NCBI GenBank assembly: GCA_030149205.1
Contig: JASBSB010000003.1
Span: 390,001-422,000 of the forward strand
From: Candidatus Heimdallarchaeota archaeon
GTDB lineage: Archaea > Asgardarchaeota > Heimdallarchaeia > Heimdallarchaeales > Kariarchaeaceae
Length of the DNA: 32,000 nt
Reading direction: 5' to 3'
Position numbers and translations under genes: made by a program. Positions 10,301 through 19,738 of the stretch are shown piece by piece (position 1 is the stretch's first letter; each line of letters starts with the position of its first letter). Below the pieces are notes generated by a model. It was not told the DNA's origin, did no database searches, and saw only the letters and a program-made list of their open reading frames with translations.

Positions 10301-10831
10301 ATGATCCCTAAGGCAGTTAAAATATTTCACAAGCATTTTAAACTTATTGGTTTCCTTTCAGTAATATTTTGTACAATTATTTCTTTGACTTATATGTTGT
10401 CAACACGACAAAATCTGCATTTAGAGGAGAGGTTTCCACTAATTCCATTTTATTTGATATTTCTTGCTTTAATAATCATTTCTTCATTATATTGGAGTCT
10501 CAGTTTAATAATTTACACCAAGAGAAATATTGGATCATTATTTGATAGGTCAGTTAAGGCAATTTTGATTTTTAAAACATGTGTGAAGGTAATCAACCTT
10601 TTATGTATTGCCTTTGTTTGTATAATTTTACCACCTTCTCCGCTTTCCTTCATTGGGCTCATTATATTATGGTCGCGTCCATTTTCTATTTTTGCTGTCA
10701 CAACTCTAATCCTATCGTTTTTCATAATTATTGATATTTATGGAGCTGATTACATTGGCAATCGGTGGAATAATGATATAATTAAAGGATTAAACTGGAG
10801 TAATCGTGAATTGAGCATCAAGAATAATTAG
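10301..10831 (+). CDS. Orphan multi-pass membrane protein (low GC)
   Basis: 176-aa ORF with about 4-5 hydrophobic segments. Sampled 60-nt lines are 22-27% GC. It sits between the two halves of the GNAT pseudogene. Confidence 0.6.
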   Translation: MIPKAVKIFHKHFKLIGFLSVIFCTIISLTYMLSTRQNLHLEERFPLIPFYLIFLALIIISSLYWSLSLIIYTKRNIGSLFDRSVKAILIFKTCVKVINLLCIAFVCIILPPSPLSFIGLIILWSRPFSIFAVTTLILSFFIIIDIYGADYIGNRWNNDIIKGLNWSNRELSIKNN

Positions 10832-10867
10832 CTGTTAATTCACCTATTTTTTATAGGAAACAACGCC

Positions 10868-11545
10868 CCAACTGAGTTTGAAAAGTACCTCATAGGGGAA
10901 GGGTTCACACGAACGATTTCCAACCGAACCAGCGGGGCAGACCTACGGGAATTTTCAAAAGCTGATGTGAAGACAAGGGCAGTAGAGCTAAAAGAAAGAG
11001 GTGACCTGAGAGGCTTTAAATTTGTGTTTGTAGAGGATTACAGGTTCAAAGAGAACACTGAGATAGACTATCAAGACTATGTGCAAGCGCTTGAATCCAT
11101 CTGGAACGATATGCCACGTGATGAGGCAAGCTGGGAGGATGAGACCCTAACCAAGGAGTATCATCAGGAGTTTTACAAACTTGGGTCTGTTGTTGGAACA
11201 TATCCCTGGACATACGTTGCTGTTCACAGAGAAACAGGAAGGGTGGCTGGCATGACTGAGACATGGTTAGATACACTACAGCCAGAGATAGCCGATCAGG
11301 GTGACACTGGGGTCATAAATGAGTTCCGCGGAAACAGGCTGGGATTGACACTCAAGTATCTCATACTGGAAAAACTGCTAACTGACCCATGAAGTTCTAA
11401 GGCTGTCTACTGGGTAACCAACAACGCATTCTCAAACTCTCACATGCTTGCAATCAATGATGAACTGAAATATGAATTTCTTAAGAGAAGAAACACATTT
11501 GAGATGGATAAATCTGGGTTTAAAAAATTCCTAAATCAGTCATGA
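10868..11545 (+). pseudogene. 3' fragment of the split tandem-GNAT pseudogene
   Basis: PTEFEKYLIGEGFTRTISNRTSGADLREF aligns to paralog YTDFERYLLSQGYKMTITDRSSGADLTEF. There is an in-frame TGA at 11390-11392 (paralog CGA at 14418-14420), after which homology continues (WVTNNAFSNSHMLAINDELKY) to TGA 11543-11545. Confidence 0.93.
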
Positions 11546-11919
11546 GATTTCGGTTGAAAGGTTTTTAAATTGGTGTGATACTGAGCTAATAAAAAATTGC
11601 TATAATTTGTCAATTACCTGATAATGAATTATTTTTAAAAGTATACAAAAATTAACTTCCTAATAAAATCCTCGATTTCCCAATGTAAACAAAATTATTA
11701 TAACTTTAAATCACATCGCTAAACTAAAGTTACAAACATCATGAAATTTTGAGATTATAATATAAGAAAGTATTATAAATCACTTGAAAATGTATATAAA
11801 CAACAAAAACAGCCCTTTAAATCTAAAAAGCGTTTATTCTGCGGTGAAATCTGTACTTCAGTTCGTCATTGATTGTCAACATATTTGAGCTTAAGATTGT
11901 ATACAGATACCTGAGTTTA

Positions 11920-12789
11920 ATGAAGAAAGCTGGGATTATACCAAAGATTGAGATAACAGATGAAAAATTATACTACGGAGAAAATTTAACAAAATTCAGC
12001 AAATTAACTGGATTAGTGATAGTTGGTTTAATATCGGCTTTATATGCCTTATACATTTTGTTGAATATTTTTAAAATTATAAAAACTGTGGGGAAGGGTG
12101 CCACCGAAATTTATATTCTAACATTAGTTATAATTCTAAATTTTTGTGTTTTAGTTGTGGGGGTTGTGATTGTAAGCAATGAACTTGGAAAATTAATTGG
12201 TTTCATTGAGCAAAAAGTAGAGACTAGAAATTTAATCAAAGGTGCAGTAATTATCATTTTTAGCTTATTCTTCGGTTTTGTAATTAATTTCTATATCCAA
12301 TATAAAACAGAGAGTTCATCAGTTGCTATTTTTCAAGATTTAGTTTTTCCTTGGTTTTTTCACTGGGTAGGTCTTATGCTTATAGGATTCATAGGCTATG
12401 GGTCTGCAACTTCCTACGTTGAATTAAGAATTGAGAATGAATCTAAATATATTTATCTTATTAGAAAGTCAAGGATTGGGAAGGGACCAATCAATTTTAA
12501 GATAAAATTCAGTGATTTTGATATGATACTTGTCACTGGTCCTGGAAAAAGTCCAGCAACCTCTAAATCCTTTTACATTTATCTTTACCTGATGAAAAAG
12601 AATGCAGATGGAACTCTTGAGAATATCCTAGAATCTGATGAATATTTATTTGGAAACAGAAAAAAAGTTACATGTAAAGTACTAGAAGGAATTGCATCTC
12701 TTTATAATTTTCATTGGGGTGTGATGAAGTTAGATGGGAAGCTAAAAATGGTTCAATTTAGTTCAATTGAAGCTGGTTGCACTACATAA
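11920..12789 (+). CDS. Orphan multi-pass membrane protein with soluble C-terminal domain (low GC)
   Basis: Four hydrophobic segments then a beta-rich-looking region. Sampled lines are 27-28% GC. The stop TAA lies inside the duplicated ABC sequence. ATG 11920 is preferred over the track's 11869 start. Confidence 0.65.
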   Translation: MKKAGIIPKIEITDEKLYYGENLTKFSKLTGLVIVGLISALYALYILLNIFKIIKTVGKGATEIYILTLVIILNFCVLVVGVVIVSNELGKLIGFIEQKVETRNLIKGAVIIIFSLFFGFVINFYIQYKTESSSVAIFQDLVFPWFFHWVGLMLIGFIGYGSATSYVELRIENESKYIYLIRKSRIGKGPINFKIKFSDFDMILVTGPGKSPATSKSFYIYLYLMKKNADGTLENILESDEYLFGNRKKVTCKVLEGIASLYNFHWGVMKLDGKLKMVQFSSIEAGCTT

Positions 12790-13274
12790 AGTATGGAAAG
12801 GTGGATGCAACTGACGAAGAGGTCTACACAATCTCCAGATTGGTAGGTGCAGAGGAGTTCATCGATGCACTTCCCCAAAAATATCAAACCATGCTGACTG
12901 AGAGTGGGAAATCCCTGTCTGCTGGACAGAGACAAATGATCACAATCGTCAGAACTATGTTACGAGACCCCGCGATACTAATTTTGGATGAGGCAACGAG
13001 CAGACTTGATGCTTACTCTGAGAGTCTGGTTCAGCAGTCACAGAATATTCTGTTCGAAGCTAAAACAACCCTGGTTATTGCTCATAGACTTTCCACAGTA
13101 CGAGATGTTGATCAAATTGTTGTAATTGATGATGGTAAGATAATTGAGACAGGATCACATGAAGAACTTTGCGCTAAAACAGACAAGTATTATGAGTTCT
13201 ATGAGATGTATTACTCACATCAAGGTCTGAAAGAACTTGCAAAACCTGAGGTTAAAACAGAAGAAAAGAAATAA
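12784..13274 (+). pseudogene. 5'-truncated copy of the ABC subunit B NBD (repeat copy 2)
   Basis: Near-identical to 9177-9643. It lacks the TMD, Walker A and Q-loop, and homology starts abruptly at ACATAAAGTATGG. Confidence 0.92.
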
Positions 13275-13445
13275 AAAAACTCCTAATATTTTTGATTGAT
13301 ATTATCACCAGATACAAAATGTCCACCTGTTCTCGAATGATTTAAAAATTGATGTTTTCACAGAATTCTACATACCCACTGTAGTAATTTTGAAATTCAA
13401 CGCAATCATAAGATACATTCATTAACTTTCTCTAAACCTGACATT

Positions 13446-14573
13446 ATGAATGAAATATTACAGGTAGAAGAATTCAAAACACTTGAAATTACCTTATTTG
13501 AGAAAATTGTTAACCTTATGTATCTCCGCTATCAGGAGATCTTTAAGCCCTTACCCCCCTATCCAAAGGAAAAAATCAGAAAGATGCTTTCAAGCCCTGG
13601 ATATGTTGAAGAAAAGAGTTATTATTGGTTTAAGTTAAATAATGGCACGCCGGTAGCCTATTGTCATTTGTTACACATGCTCAAAGGTGACAACATGAAA
13701 TTATTTTGGATCAAAGCTTATACTCATCCTGAACACAGAAGAAAAGGTCACTTTAAAGAGCTCCTGAAAGAAACAGTACCAAAGATCCCTGAATACGCAA
13801 AGACGCTGATGGTAAGAACCTTTTCCACAAAAAATTCTGATGAAAATTCTAAGAAGAACTTAACAGAGAACTCAACAGAGACCGCTTATGTTTACTACAC
13901 TGATTTTGAAAGGTACCTATTGAGTCAAGGATACAAAATGACCATCACAGACAGGTCCAGTGGGGCAGACCTGACAGAATTTAGAATTCAAGATATCAAG
14001 CAAAAAGTGACAGAATTGAAGGGATTGGCTGAGCAAAAGGGGTTCAAGTTTGTATTTGTAGAAAATTACAGATTTGAGGAACAACCTGAAATTGATTATC
14101 AAGATTACCTGAAGGCACTTGAATCAATCTGGAATGACATGCCCAGGGATGAGGCAAGCTGGGAGGATGAGACCCTAACCAAGGAGAAACATCAGGAATT
14201 CTTTAAACTTGGATCCTTAATTGGTACATTTCCATGGACTTTTGTTGCCCTGCATGTAAAGACTGGGAATGTTGCAGGTATAACAGAAACATGGTTGGAC
14301 AAATTCCAACCAGAAATAGCAGAACAGGATGACACTGGTGTGATAAGGGAATTTCGTGGGAACCGGCTCGGTCTGACGCTCAAGTACCTCATGCTTGAAA
14401 AATTACTTACAGATCCTCGATCCTCTGAGGTAAAATTTTGGGTGACAAACAATGCGTTTTCCAACTCACACATGCTTGCAATCAATGATGAGCTGAAATA
14501 TAGGTTTCTCCAAAGAATAAACACATTTGAGATGCATAAATCTGGATTTGTAAGTTATCTTGGTCAATCCTAA
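13446..14573 (+). CDS. Tandem-domain GNAT family acetyltransferase (intact copy)
   Basis: THPEHRRKGHFKELL and GVIREFRGNRLGLTLK motif-A segments; C-terminal TNNAFSNSHMLAINDELKY motif B. Confidence 0.88.
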   Translation: MNEILQVEEFKTLEITLFEKIVNLMYLRYQEIFKPLPPYPKEKIRKMLSSPGYVEEKSYYWFKLNNGTPVAYCHLLHMLKGDNMKLFWIKAYTHPEHRRKGHFKELLKETVPKIPEYAKTLMVRTFSTKNSDENSKKNLTENSTETAYVYYTDFERYLLSQGYKMTITDRSSGADLTEFRIQDIKQKVTELKGLAEQKGFKFVFVENYRFEEQPEIDYQDYLKALESIWNDMPRDEASWEDETLTKEKHQEFFKLGSLIGTFPWTFVALHVKTGNVAGITETWLDKFQPEIAEQDDTGVIREFRGNRLGLTLKYLMLEKLLTDPRSSEVKFWVTNNAFSNSHMLAINDELKYRFLQRINTFEMHKSGFVSYLGQS

Positions 14574-14716
14574 TCTTCCAATTCTCCAAGAAAAATACTT
14601 TTTTCAAATAAGATTCGCTAAATCGGTTTATTCAAATCTATGAAACTTGATAACAATAATTAATCTGTGAAATTAACTAAACTTAGTAGACAAGATTAAG
14701 ATTTGAAAATTGAATG

Positions 14717-16237
14717 TCACGAAACAAAATTATCTAAGTCCTTAGAGAGCTGTTTGAGTGAAGGAAGATGCATATACATCATATGTCCTGCCTCATAGAA
14801 CCTCATTGTGATATTCTTTCTCAGACTCTCATCAAGCTTCATATGATTAAACGTGTAGTTGGTTGCAAAGTATGGAGTCGCCATATCATAGTACCCAGAT
14901 CCCACAAAAACGCGAAGGTTCTGATTCTTACTCATTGAGTCCCTCAATGTCTCAGCAACATCTACAAACTGATTATTATGCTCATTAAACTTCCATGTCT
15001 GATAAAGTGAAGCAAGTATCTTATAGTCAAGATCCGACTCAAATCCAAGCTCCTCTCGGATGTAATCATTGAATGTTGCAGTGTATGCTCCCTGAATTAC
15101 TGGATAGCTTGGATCATAGCTGTACATATCATCAACGCCATCTCTGTCTATACCTTTAAACCTGCTGTCTAACCTACCTACCGTCCTGTTCTCATCTCTG
15201 AGAAGCTCTTTTGCAAATCTGTGGATATCAATTCGAAGGTGCGTTCTACTTAGGTAGGTCTTAGAAAGACTGGTAAATCTGTTTAGCTTTTCAAGTACAC
15301 TTTCCTTTAGCTCATTATCAATATCATCTCCATCAAATAGGGCACCAAGATACTCGTTTCTGCAAAACTCCTCGACCTCTTTTAAGAGTCCACTTAAACT
15401 CTCCGATTTTACCTTGCCGTGATATCGAGCAGTTGCTGCATATGTTGGGAGATATAAAAGGTGAGGCTCATCATTCCCAGTTCCAAATCTGATGGTCTGA
15501 AAGTTGAGTACTGAAGAAATGAGCATGATACCATTGAGATAAAAACCTAGGTTGTTCTGAAGGTATCCAGACAATCCAGCAGCTCTGGTTGTTCCATAGC
15601 TCTCTCCTATTAGATATTTGGGAGATTTCCATCTAGAGTTTCGAGAGGTGTACAACCTGATAAAATCACCCACAGATTCTAGGTCTTTTTTGAACTGATG
15701 AAATTCTGTTGGGTCTTCACCCTCAACAGATCGACTGAATCCTGTGCTTACTGGATCTATGAAGACCAGATCCGATGACTTTAAAAGTGAATACTCATTG
15801 TCTACCAACCGGTATGGGGGTTTTGCGGGTTGTTCATCCTCCTCAGCTATGACTCGCTTCGGCCCCAACAACCCTAAATGCAACCACACAGATGATGAAC
15901 CTGGTCCACCATTGAATGAGAACGTGAGAGGACGTTTTGAGTAATCTTCTGTACCGAGCTTAGTGTACGCTATGTAGAAGATCCTCGCTTTTGGTTTAAC
16001 CTCTTCCTTGTTGTCTTCCTCTCGAAGCACTGCGTAGCCAGTTTCAGTCCTGTATCTGAGTTCTTTGCCATTGAGTGTGATAGAATGCTCTCGGATGACA
16101 ACCTCATCTTTAACCTCTGGTTTTGAATCCTTTCCATTGGCATCGCTTTTGGAATTTCCTGTAGAATCTTCCTTGAAATTATCCTTGGAGCTGTCTTTGG
16201 AATTTTTTTGTGTATTATTCTTAGAATTCTCTGACAT
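14717..16237 (-). CDS. Serine carboxypeptidase, peptidase S10 family (bacterial-type)
   Basis: FNGGPGSSS, nucleophile GESYG, YYDMATP (Asp), EAGHMMY (His). Charged N-terminal extension and no signal peptide. Confidence 0.95.
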   Translation of the reverse strand: MSENSKNNTQKNSKDSSKDNFKEDSTGNSKSDANGKDSKPEVKDEVVIREHSITLNGKELRYRTETGYAVLREEDNKEEVKPKARIFYIAYTKLGTEDYSKRPLTFSFNGGPGSSSVWLHLGLLGPKRVIAEEDEQPAKPPYRLVDNEYSLLKSSDLVFIDPVSTGFSRSVEGEDPTEFHQFKKDLESVGDFIRLYTSRNSRWKSPKYLIGESYGTTRAAGLSGYLQNNLGFYLNGIMLISSVLNFQTIRFGTGNDEPHLLYLPTYAATARYHGKVKSESLSGLLKEVEEFCRNEYLGALFDGDDIDNELKESVLEKLNRFTSLSKTYLSRTHLRIDIHRFAKELLRDENRTVGRLDSRFKGIDRDGVDDMYSYDPSYPVIQGAYTATFNDYIREELGFESDLDYKILASLYQTWKFNEHNNQFVDVAETLRDSMSKNQNLRVFVGSGYYDMATPYFATNYTFNHMKLDESLRKNITMRFYEAGHMMYMHLPSLKQLSKDLDNFVS

Positions 16238-16705
16238 TATGCTGAGATGGTTATTGGCTTTTTATACTTATTGAGTTGGCTAAACAAGAGATGTCAATCT
16301 TTTGGAGGTTGAGGGAGATAATGATATTGATAAGGTGATCAATTAAGCTGAACAAAGATGTGGGCTGAACATTGAATACAGAAGTAAACACTACTGTAAG
16401 CACAAGAGTGAGTATAACTGTTAACTCATATACGAACACAATCATGAACACATCTGTGAACTTCGGTATAACATAAAGGTGAATGAATTTTTGGAAGTTA
16501 TTTGAATCAACTTCGAGAAATTGCCATGAGGGAACACAGTAGAGATTTCTCCGCAAAATTTGATAGCATGGTACAAATTTAGTGTTGTACTGTATAATTC
16601 AGGTAATAAAGAATATATCTTGGAGAAATTCAAGAAATATGGAGATTTTGTTCTTCATCAGGGTATGATAAAAAGAAGTTTTTGAATACCCCATAGGAGC
16701 TAAAA

Positions 16706-17458
16706 TTGGTGCCACGCTATACCATCTCAGACATACTTGTTGTGATTCCAGCCTACAATGAAGAGGAGACCATAGTTCCCACAGTAGAAAAGATCAAGCG
16801 GTATACGAACAACATAGTGGTGGTTGACGATGGTTCCACTGATAAGACTGCAAGTCTGGCAAGAGGAACTGGGGTAAAAGTAATATCTTATCAACCCAAT
16901 CAGGGGAAGGGGATGGCATTACAGGCAGGAAGAAGGTTCTTCTTGGAAGAGACAGAATTTGAGATCATGCTCATCATGGATGGGGATGGACAACATCAAC
17001 CCAAATATATTCCGCTGTTCATCAACAAATTCAACTCAGATCCAGAGATTGATTTTGTGCTAGCCTCAAGATTTGGGACTGATGACTGGGTCTACAACAT
17101 GCCATTTTTGCGTAAGATATCCAATCTTCTCTCCAGGTTTGGGCTATGGGTTCTGTATTTTGGGTATGTTGTTGAGGATCCCCAGAACGGATTCCGTGCG
17201 TTTGACAGAAAGGCACTTAAAATACTTGACTTTAAACCTCAATTTCCAAAGGAAAGGTATGGCTTTGAGGCAGAGACAGAGATATTGATTGATGCACGTA
17301 TTCATGGGTTAAAGCATGGAACGATACACATACAATCACTTTACTTTGATGACCGAATCTCTAAATTCTCACTGTTTATGGACACGTGGAAGATTCCTGG
17401 GGTCATGGTAAAGAACTTTTTTGCAAGAAAACCTTGGTTATATAGGCGTAGGTTTTAA
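16706..17458 (+). CDS. Glycosyltransferase family 2 (DPM-synthase-like)
   Basis: IPAYNEE, VVDDGSTD, NQGKG, MDGDGQH, SRF, GFRAF; GGAG upstream of the TTG start. Confidence 0.93.
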   Translation: MVPRYTISDILVVIPAYNEEETIVPTVEKIKRYTNNIVVVDDGSTDKTASLARGTGVKVISYQPNQGKGMALQAGRRFFLEETEFEIMLIMDGDGQHQPKYIPLFINKFNSDPEIDFVLASRFGTDDWVYNMPFLRKISNLLSRFGLWVLYFGYVVEDPQNGFRAFDRKALKILDFKPQFPKERYGFEAETEILIDARIHGLKHGTIHIQSLYFDDRISKFSLFMDTWKIPGVMVKNFFARKPWLYRRRF

Positions 17459-17527
17459 CATCAGTATTTTGAATTTGTCCAGTTTGAGAATCAGTCATGT
17501 AAAAAGAATAGGTATAGGTGTAATAGA

Positions 17528-18889
17528 TTATTTTGGTAAAAATAGGGTTAGATCACCAAATTCATGCCAAGTATAACCTAGACTCATTGCTTTATTGTAG
17601 GCTTTCAAAAGATTATCCTTATCTTGAGAAAATCCTGCAATAAGTGAGAAGTGTGAGCTATTTGGTAAATGCATCCCTGTAAGAAGTGCATCGCAGAGAT
17701 AAAATGATGAATTTTCTTGAAATTTAATTCTGGTAGTACCAAAAACACCATTTGAATCTATTTGAATGCCTTGGAGTTTAGAATCTGTTAATTTAACCCT
17801 AACCTGGGTTGAACTAGATGAACCATCAACCTGTTCCAAAAAATCAGATAGCAAAATTATGATGTCATCTTTTCTCATTGGTTCATCAACGTTATTTTCA
17901 GCTCTTTTTAGCAGAAGTTCTTTAAATAAAGATTCTAAGGCTCTTAAAACAGTAGTTCCAACTGCAACTACTTTACCACCTCTTCTTTTGGTTTCAAGGA
18001 TATTTTTGATTGTGCTGAATGAGATAAAATATTTTTCGGGTAATGGGAAAAAGGCATCCAGCTCCTCAGATCCAGTACTTGAAAGACCAGCAGAATGAAG
18101 TAAGGACACGACAGAAATATTCCTATCTTTGAGTCTCTTAACAAGATTCCAAGATAACTGCAAGGCAGCGGAAGGTGGTTCAACAGAGATAGGGATTGTT
18201 GAGAAGATTGTTTGGTGATCCCAGAGGGAAAGCTCCTCTTCTATGTATGAATACCTTATCAATTTCCCAGACCTGTATATTTCTCCAAGAACCTCATCAG
18301 CAGTAATAGGTTGAGAACTCCATTTACCATTTTTTAACACCTTTACAAATTCCACCGTTATGAATCGTTTAAAGGTATCATGTATTTCTAAGACCTTAAG
18401 TCCAACAGTGGAGCTGAGCAGAACGATATCTGATTCCTTCAGGTCGGAGGGTTCCTCTCGTTCCTCAGTTGGTAGTTCTAGGGATTTGGATGACGTATTT
18501 TCGTTTCCTGTTTGCTTAAAGATTATGGCTTTCCATCTCTTAAAACTCCTTAATTTCTGATCAATATTAGCTGCCAATCGTATCTCAACTGCCTCTAGTG
18601 TTCTTGAGTTTCTTCCAATGAGAGATGCTGGAAGGGTTGCACTCTCGTTAACGATTACGAGGTCATTTGAAGACAATATTTCTGGAAGATGAAACAGCTT
18701 TCTGAAGCTTTGTCCCTCAGATTTGAAGACCATTAGATTTGTGTTCTCATCCCTGATTCTACTTTTGTGTGCAATTGGAACCTCATCGCTAATTAATAGT
18801 TTTTGGGTATTCAATTGCGTTTGCTTAGGCTTGTCTTTCTTACCGAGATTTACCTTGGGGTGACCGTTAATCAAAGAAAACTCCTCCAT
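17528..18889 (-). CDS. QueA-like protein (S-adenosylmethionine:tRNA ribosyltransferase-isomerase fold, divergent paralog)
   Basis: LVIVNESATLPASL, SVEPPSAA, VAVGTTVLRALES, LLTGMHLP, WHEFGD. These match the QueA fold but differ from canonical NDT.VIPARL, APTAGLHF, TNFHLP and FFSYGD. Overlaps the SDR stop by 19 nt. Confidence 0.85.
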   Translation of the reverse strand: MEEFSLINGHPKVNLGKKDKPKQTQLNTQKLLISDEVPIAHKSRIRDENTNLMVFKSEGQSFRKLFHLPEILSSNDLVIVNESATLPASLIGRNSRTLEAVEIRLAANIDQKLRSFKRWKAIIFKQTGNENTSSKSLELPTEEREEPSDLKESDIVLLSSTVGLKVLEIHDTFKRFITVEFVKVLKNGKWSSQPITADEVLGEIYRSGKLIRYSYIEEELSLWDHQTIFSTIPISVEPPSAALQLSWNLVKRLKDRNISVVSLLHSAGLSSTGSEELDAFFPLPEKYFISFSTIKNILETKRRGGKVVAVGTTVLRALESLFKELLLKRAENNVDEPMRKDDIIILLSDFLEQVDGSSSSTQVRVKLTDSKLQGIQIDSNGVFGTTRIKFQENSSFYLCDALLTGMHLPNSSHFSLIAGFSQDKDNLLKAYNKAMSLGYTWHEFGDLTLFLPK

Positions 18890-19677
18890 TCATCAGATGC
18901 GTATCGTACCTTTCGACTTCCAGTTAAATAGTTTGATTGGTTTGGTTCATCGGATTTAGAATTTACCTGATTATCTGAATCATCTGATTTTCTTGCTGAT
19001 TTCGAGATTAATGTTTCAATGAACTGAATTAAATCTACTGCCACATCTTTTGGATCATAAAGCTCATCTCTGTTTGCATCTGGAATTGCATCGAAATGCA
19101 TTGGTGTTGCCATGTCTCCTGGATCCAGTGAAACAAACCTCACCTCTGTATCTTTTAGTTCCTCACTCCAGATTCTGGTTAATTGATCCAATGCTGCTTT
19201 TGAGACACTGTATGAACCCCAGTTTGGATAAGCCTGCACAGCAGCATCTGAAGATATATTGATCACCAAACCCGAATTCTGTAAAATTAGCTTTGACATC
19301 AACGCTTTGGTAAGTCTAAAGGGTCCAAGCAAATTCGTTTGAAGTACCTGTTCTAAATCCTCACACTCAGTGTCATTCAGACTCTTAAGAGGGGTAATCC
19401 CAAGATATGAGGCATTATTGATCAAGACATCCACCCCACCAAGTGTCCCAAATATCAATCCAGAAAGCCTGTAAATTAAGTCTTTATCAGAGATGTCACC
19501 TTTCACGATTATGACTGTAGGAATCTCAGTTTTTAATTTATCCAGTTTTACTTGATCCCTTGCCACAGTTAATATATTTGCCCCCTTGTTGATCAGTTGC
19601 ATCACAAGCTCTTTTCCCAAACCAGATGTCCCTCCAGTTATCACCACATTTTTGTTTTTCCAATATGTATCTGTCAT
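18871..19677 (-). CDS. Short-chain dehydrogenase/reductase (classical SDR)
   Basis: ITGGTSGLG, NNAS, catalytic S and YSVSK, LDPGDMATPM. Confidence 0.95.
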   Translation of the reverse strand: MTDTYWKNKNVVITGGTSGLGKELVMQLINKGANILTVARDQVKLDKLKTEIPTVIIVKGDISDKDLIYRLSGLIFGTLGGVDVLINNASYLGITPLKSLNDTECEDLEQVLQTNLLGPFRLTKALMSKLILQNSGLVINISSDAAVQAYPNWGSYSVSKAALDQLTRIWSEELKDTEVRFVSLDPGDMATPMHFDAIPDANRDELYDPKDVAVDLIQFIETLISKSARKSDDSDNQVNSKSDEPNQSNYLTGSRKVRYASDEWRSFL

Positions 19678-19738
19678 ATGTGTTCTGAGTAATATTATAG
19701 AGATGAGATAAAATATACCTATTGGTTTATAAAATCTA

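Noticed and set aside
11390-11392. In-frame TGA with conserved coding sequence continuing past it (selenocysteine or readthrough?)
   Set aside because: The paralog has Arg (CGA) here rather than Cys, and the same gene carries another nonsense codon, a frameshift and an internal replacement. A simple C->T lesion explains it.
10301-11392. Orphan ORF X is in the same frame as the downstream GNAT remnant, separated by one TAG (pyrrolysine or readthrough fusion?)
   Set aside because: Frame coincidence has a 1-in-3 chance, the remnant has its own premature stop, and no pyl genes are seen.
12784-13274. The duplicate might be an assembly artefact
   Set aside because: About 6% divergence, mostly synonymous, and a different C-terminal tail argue against an exact assembly echo. 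A strain chimera cannot be fully excluded without reads.
16251-16633. Two short overlapping minus-strand ORFs (101 and 63 aa) between the peptidase and the GT2
   Set aside because: No recognisable motif, SD or homology. They may be a small membrane gene or remnant, but the sequence alone does not support a call.
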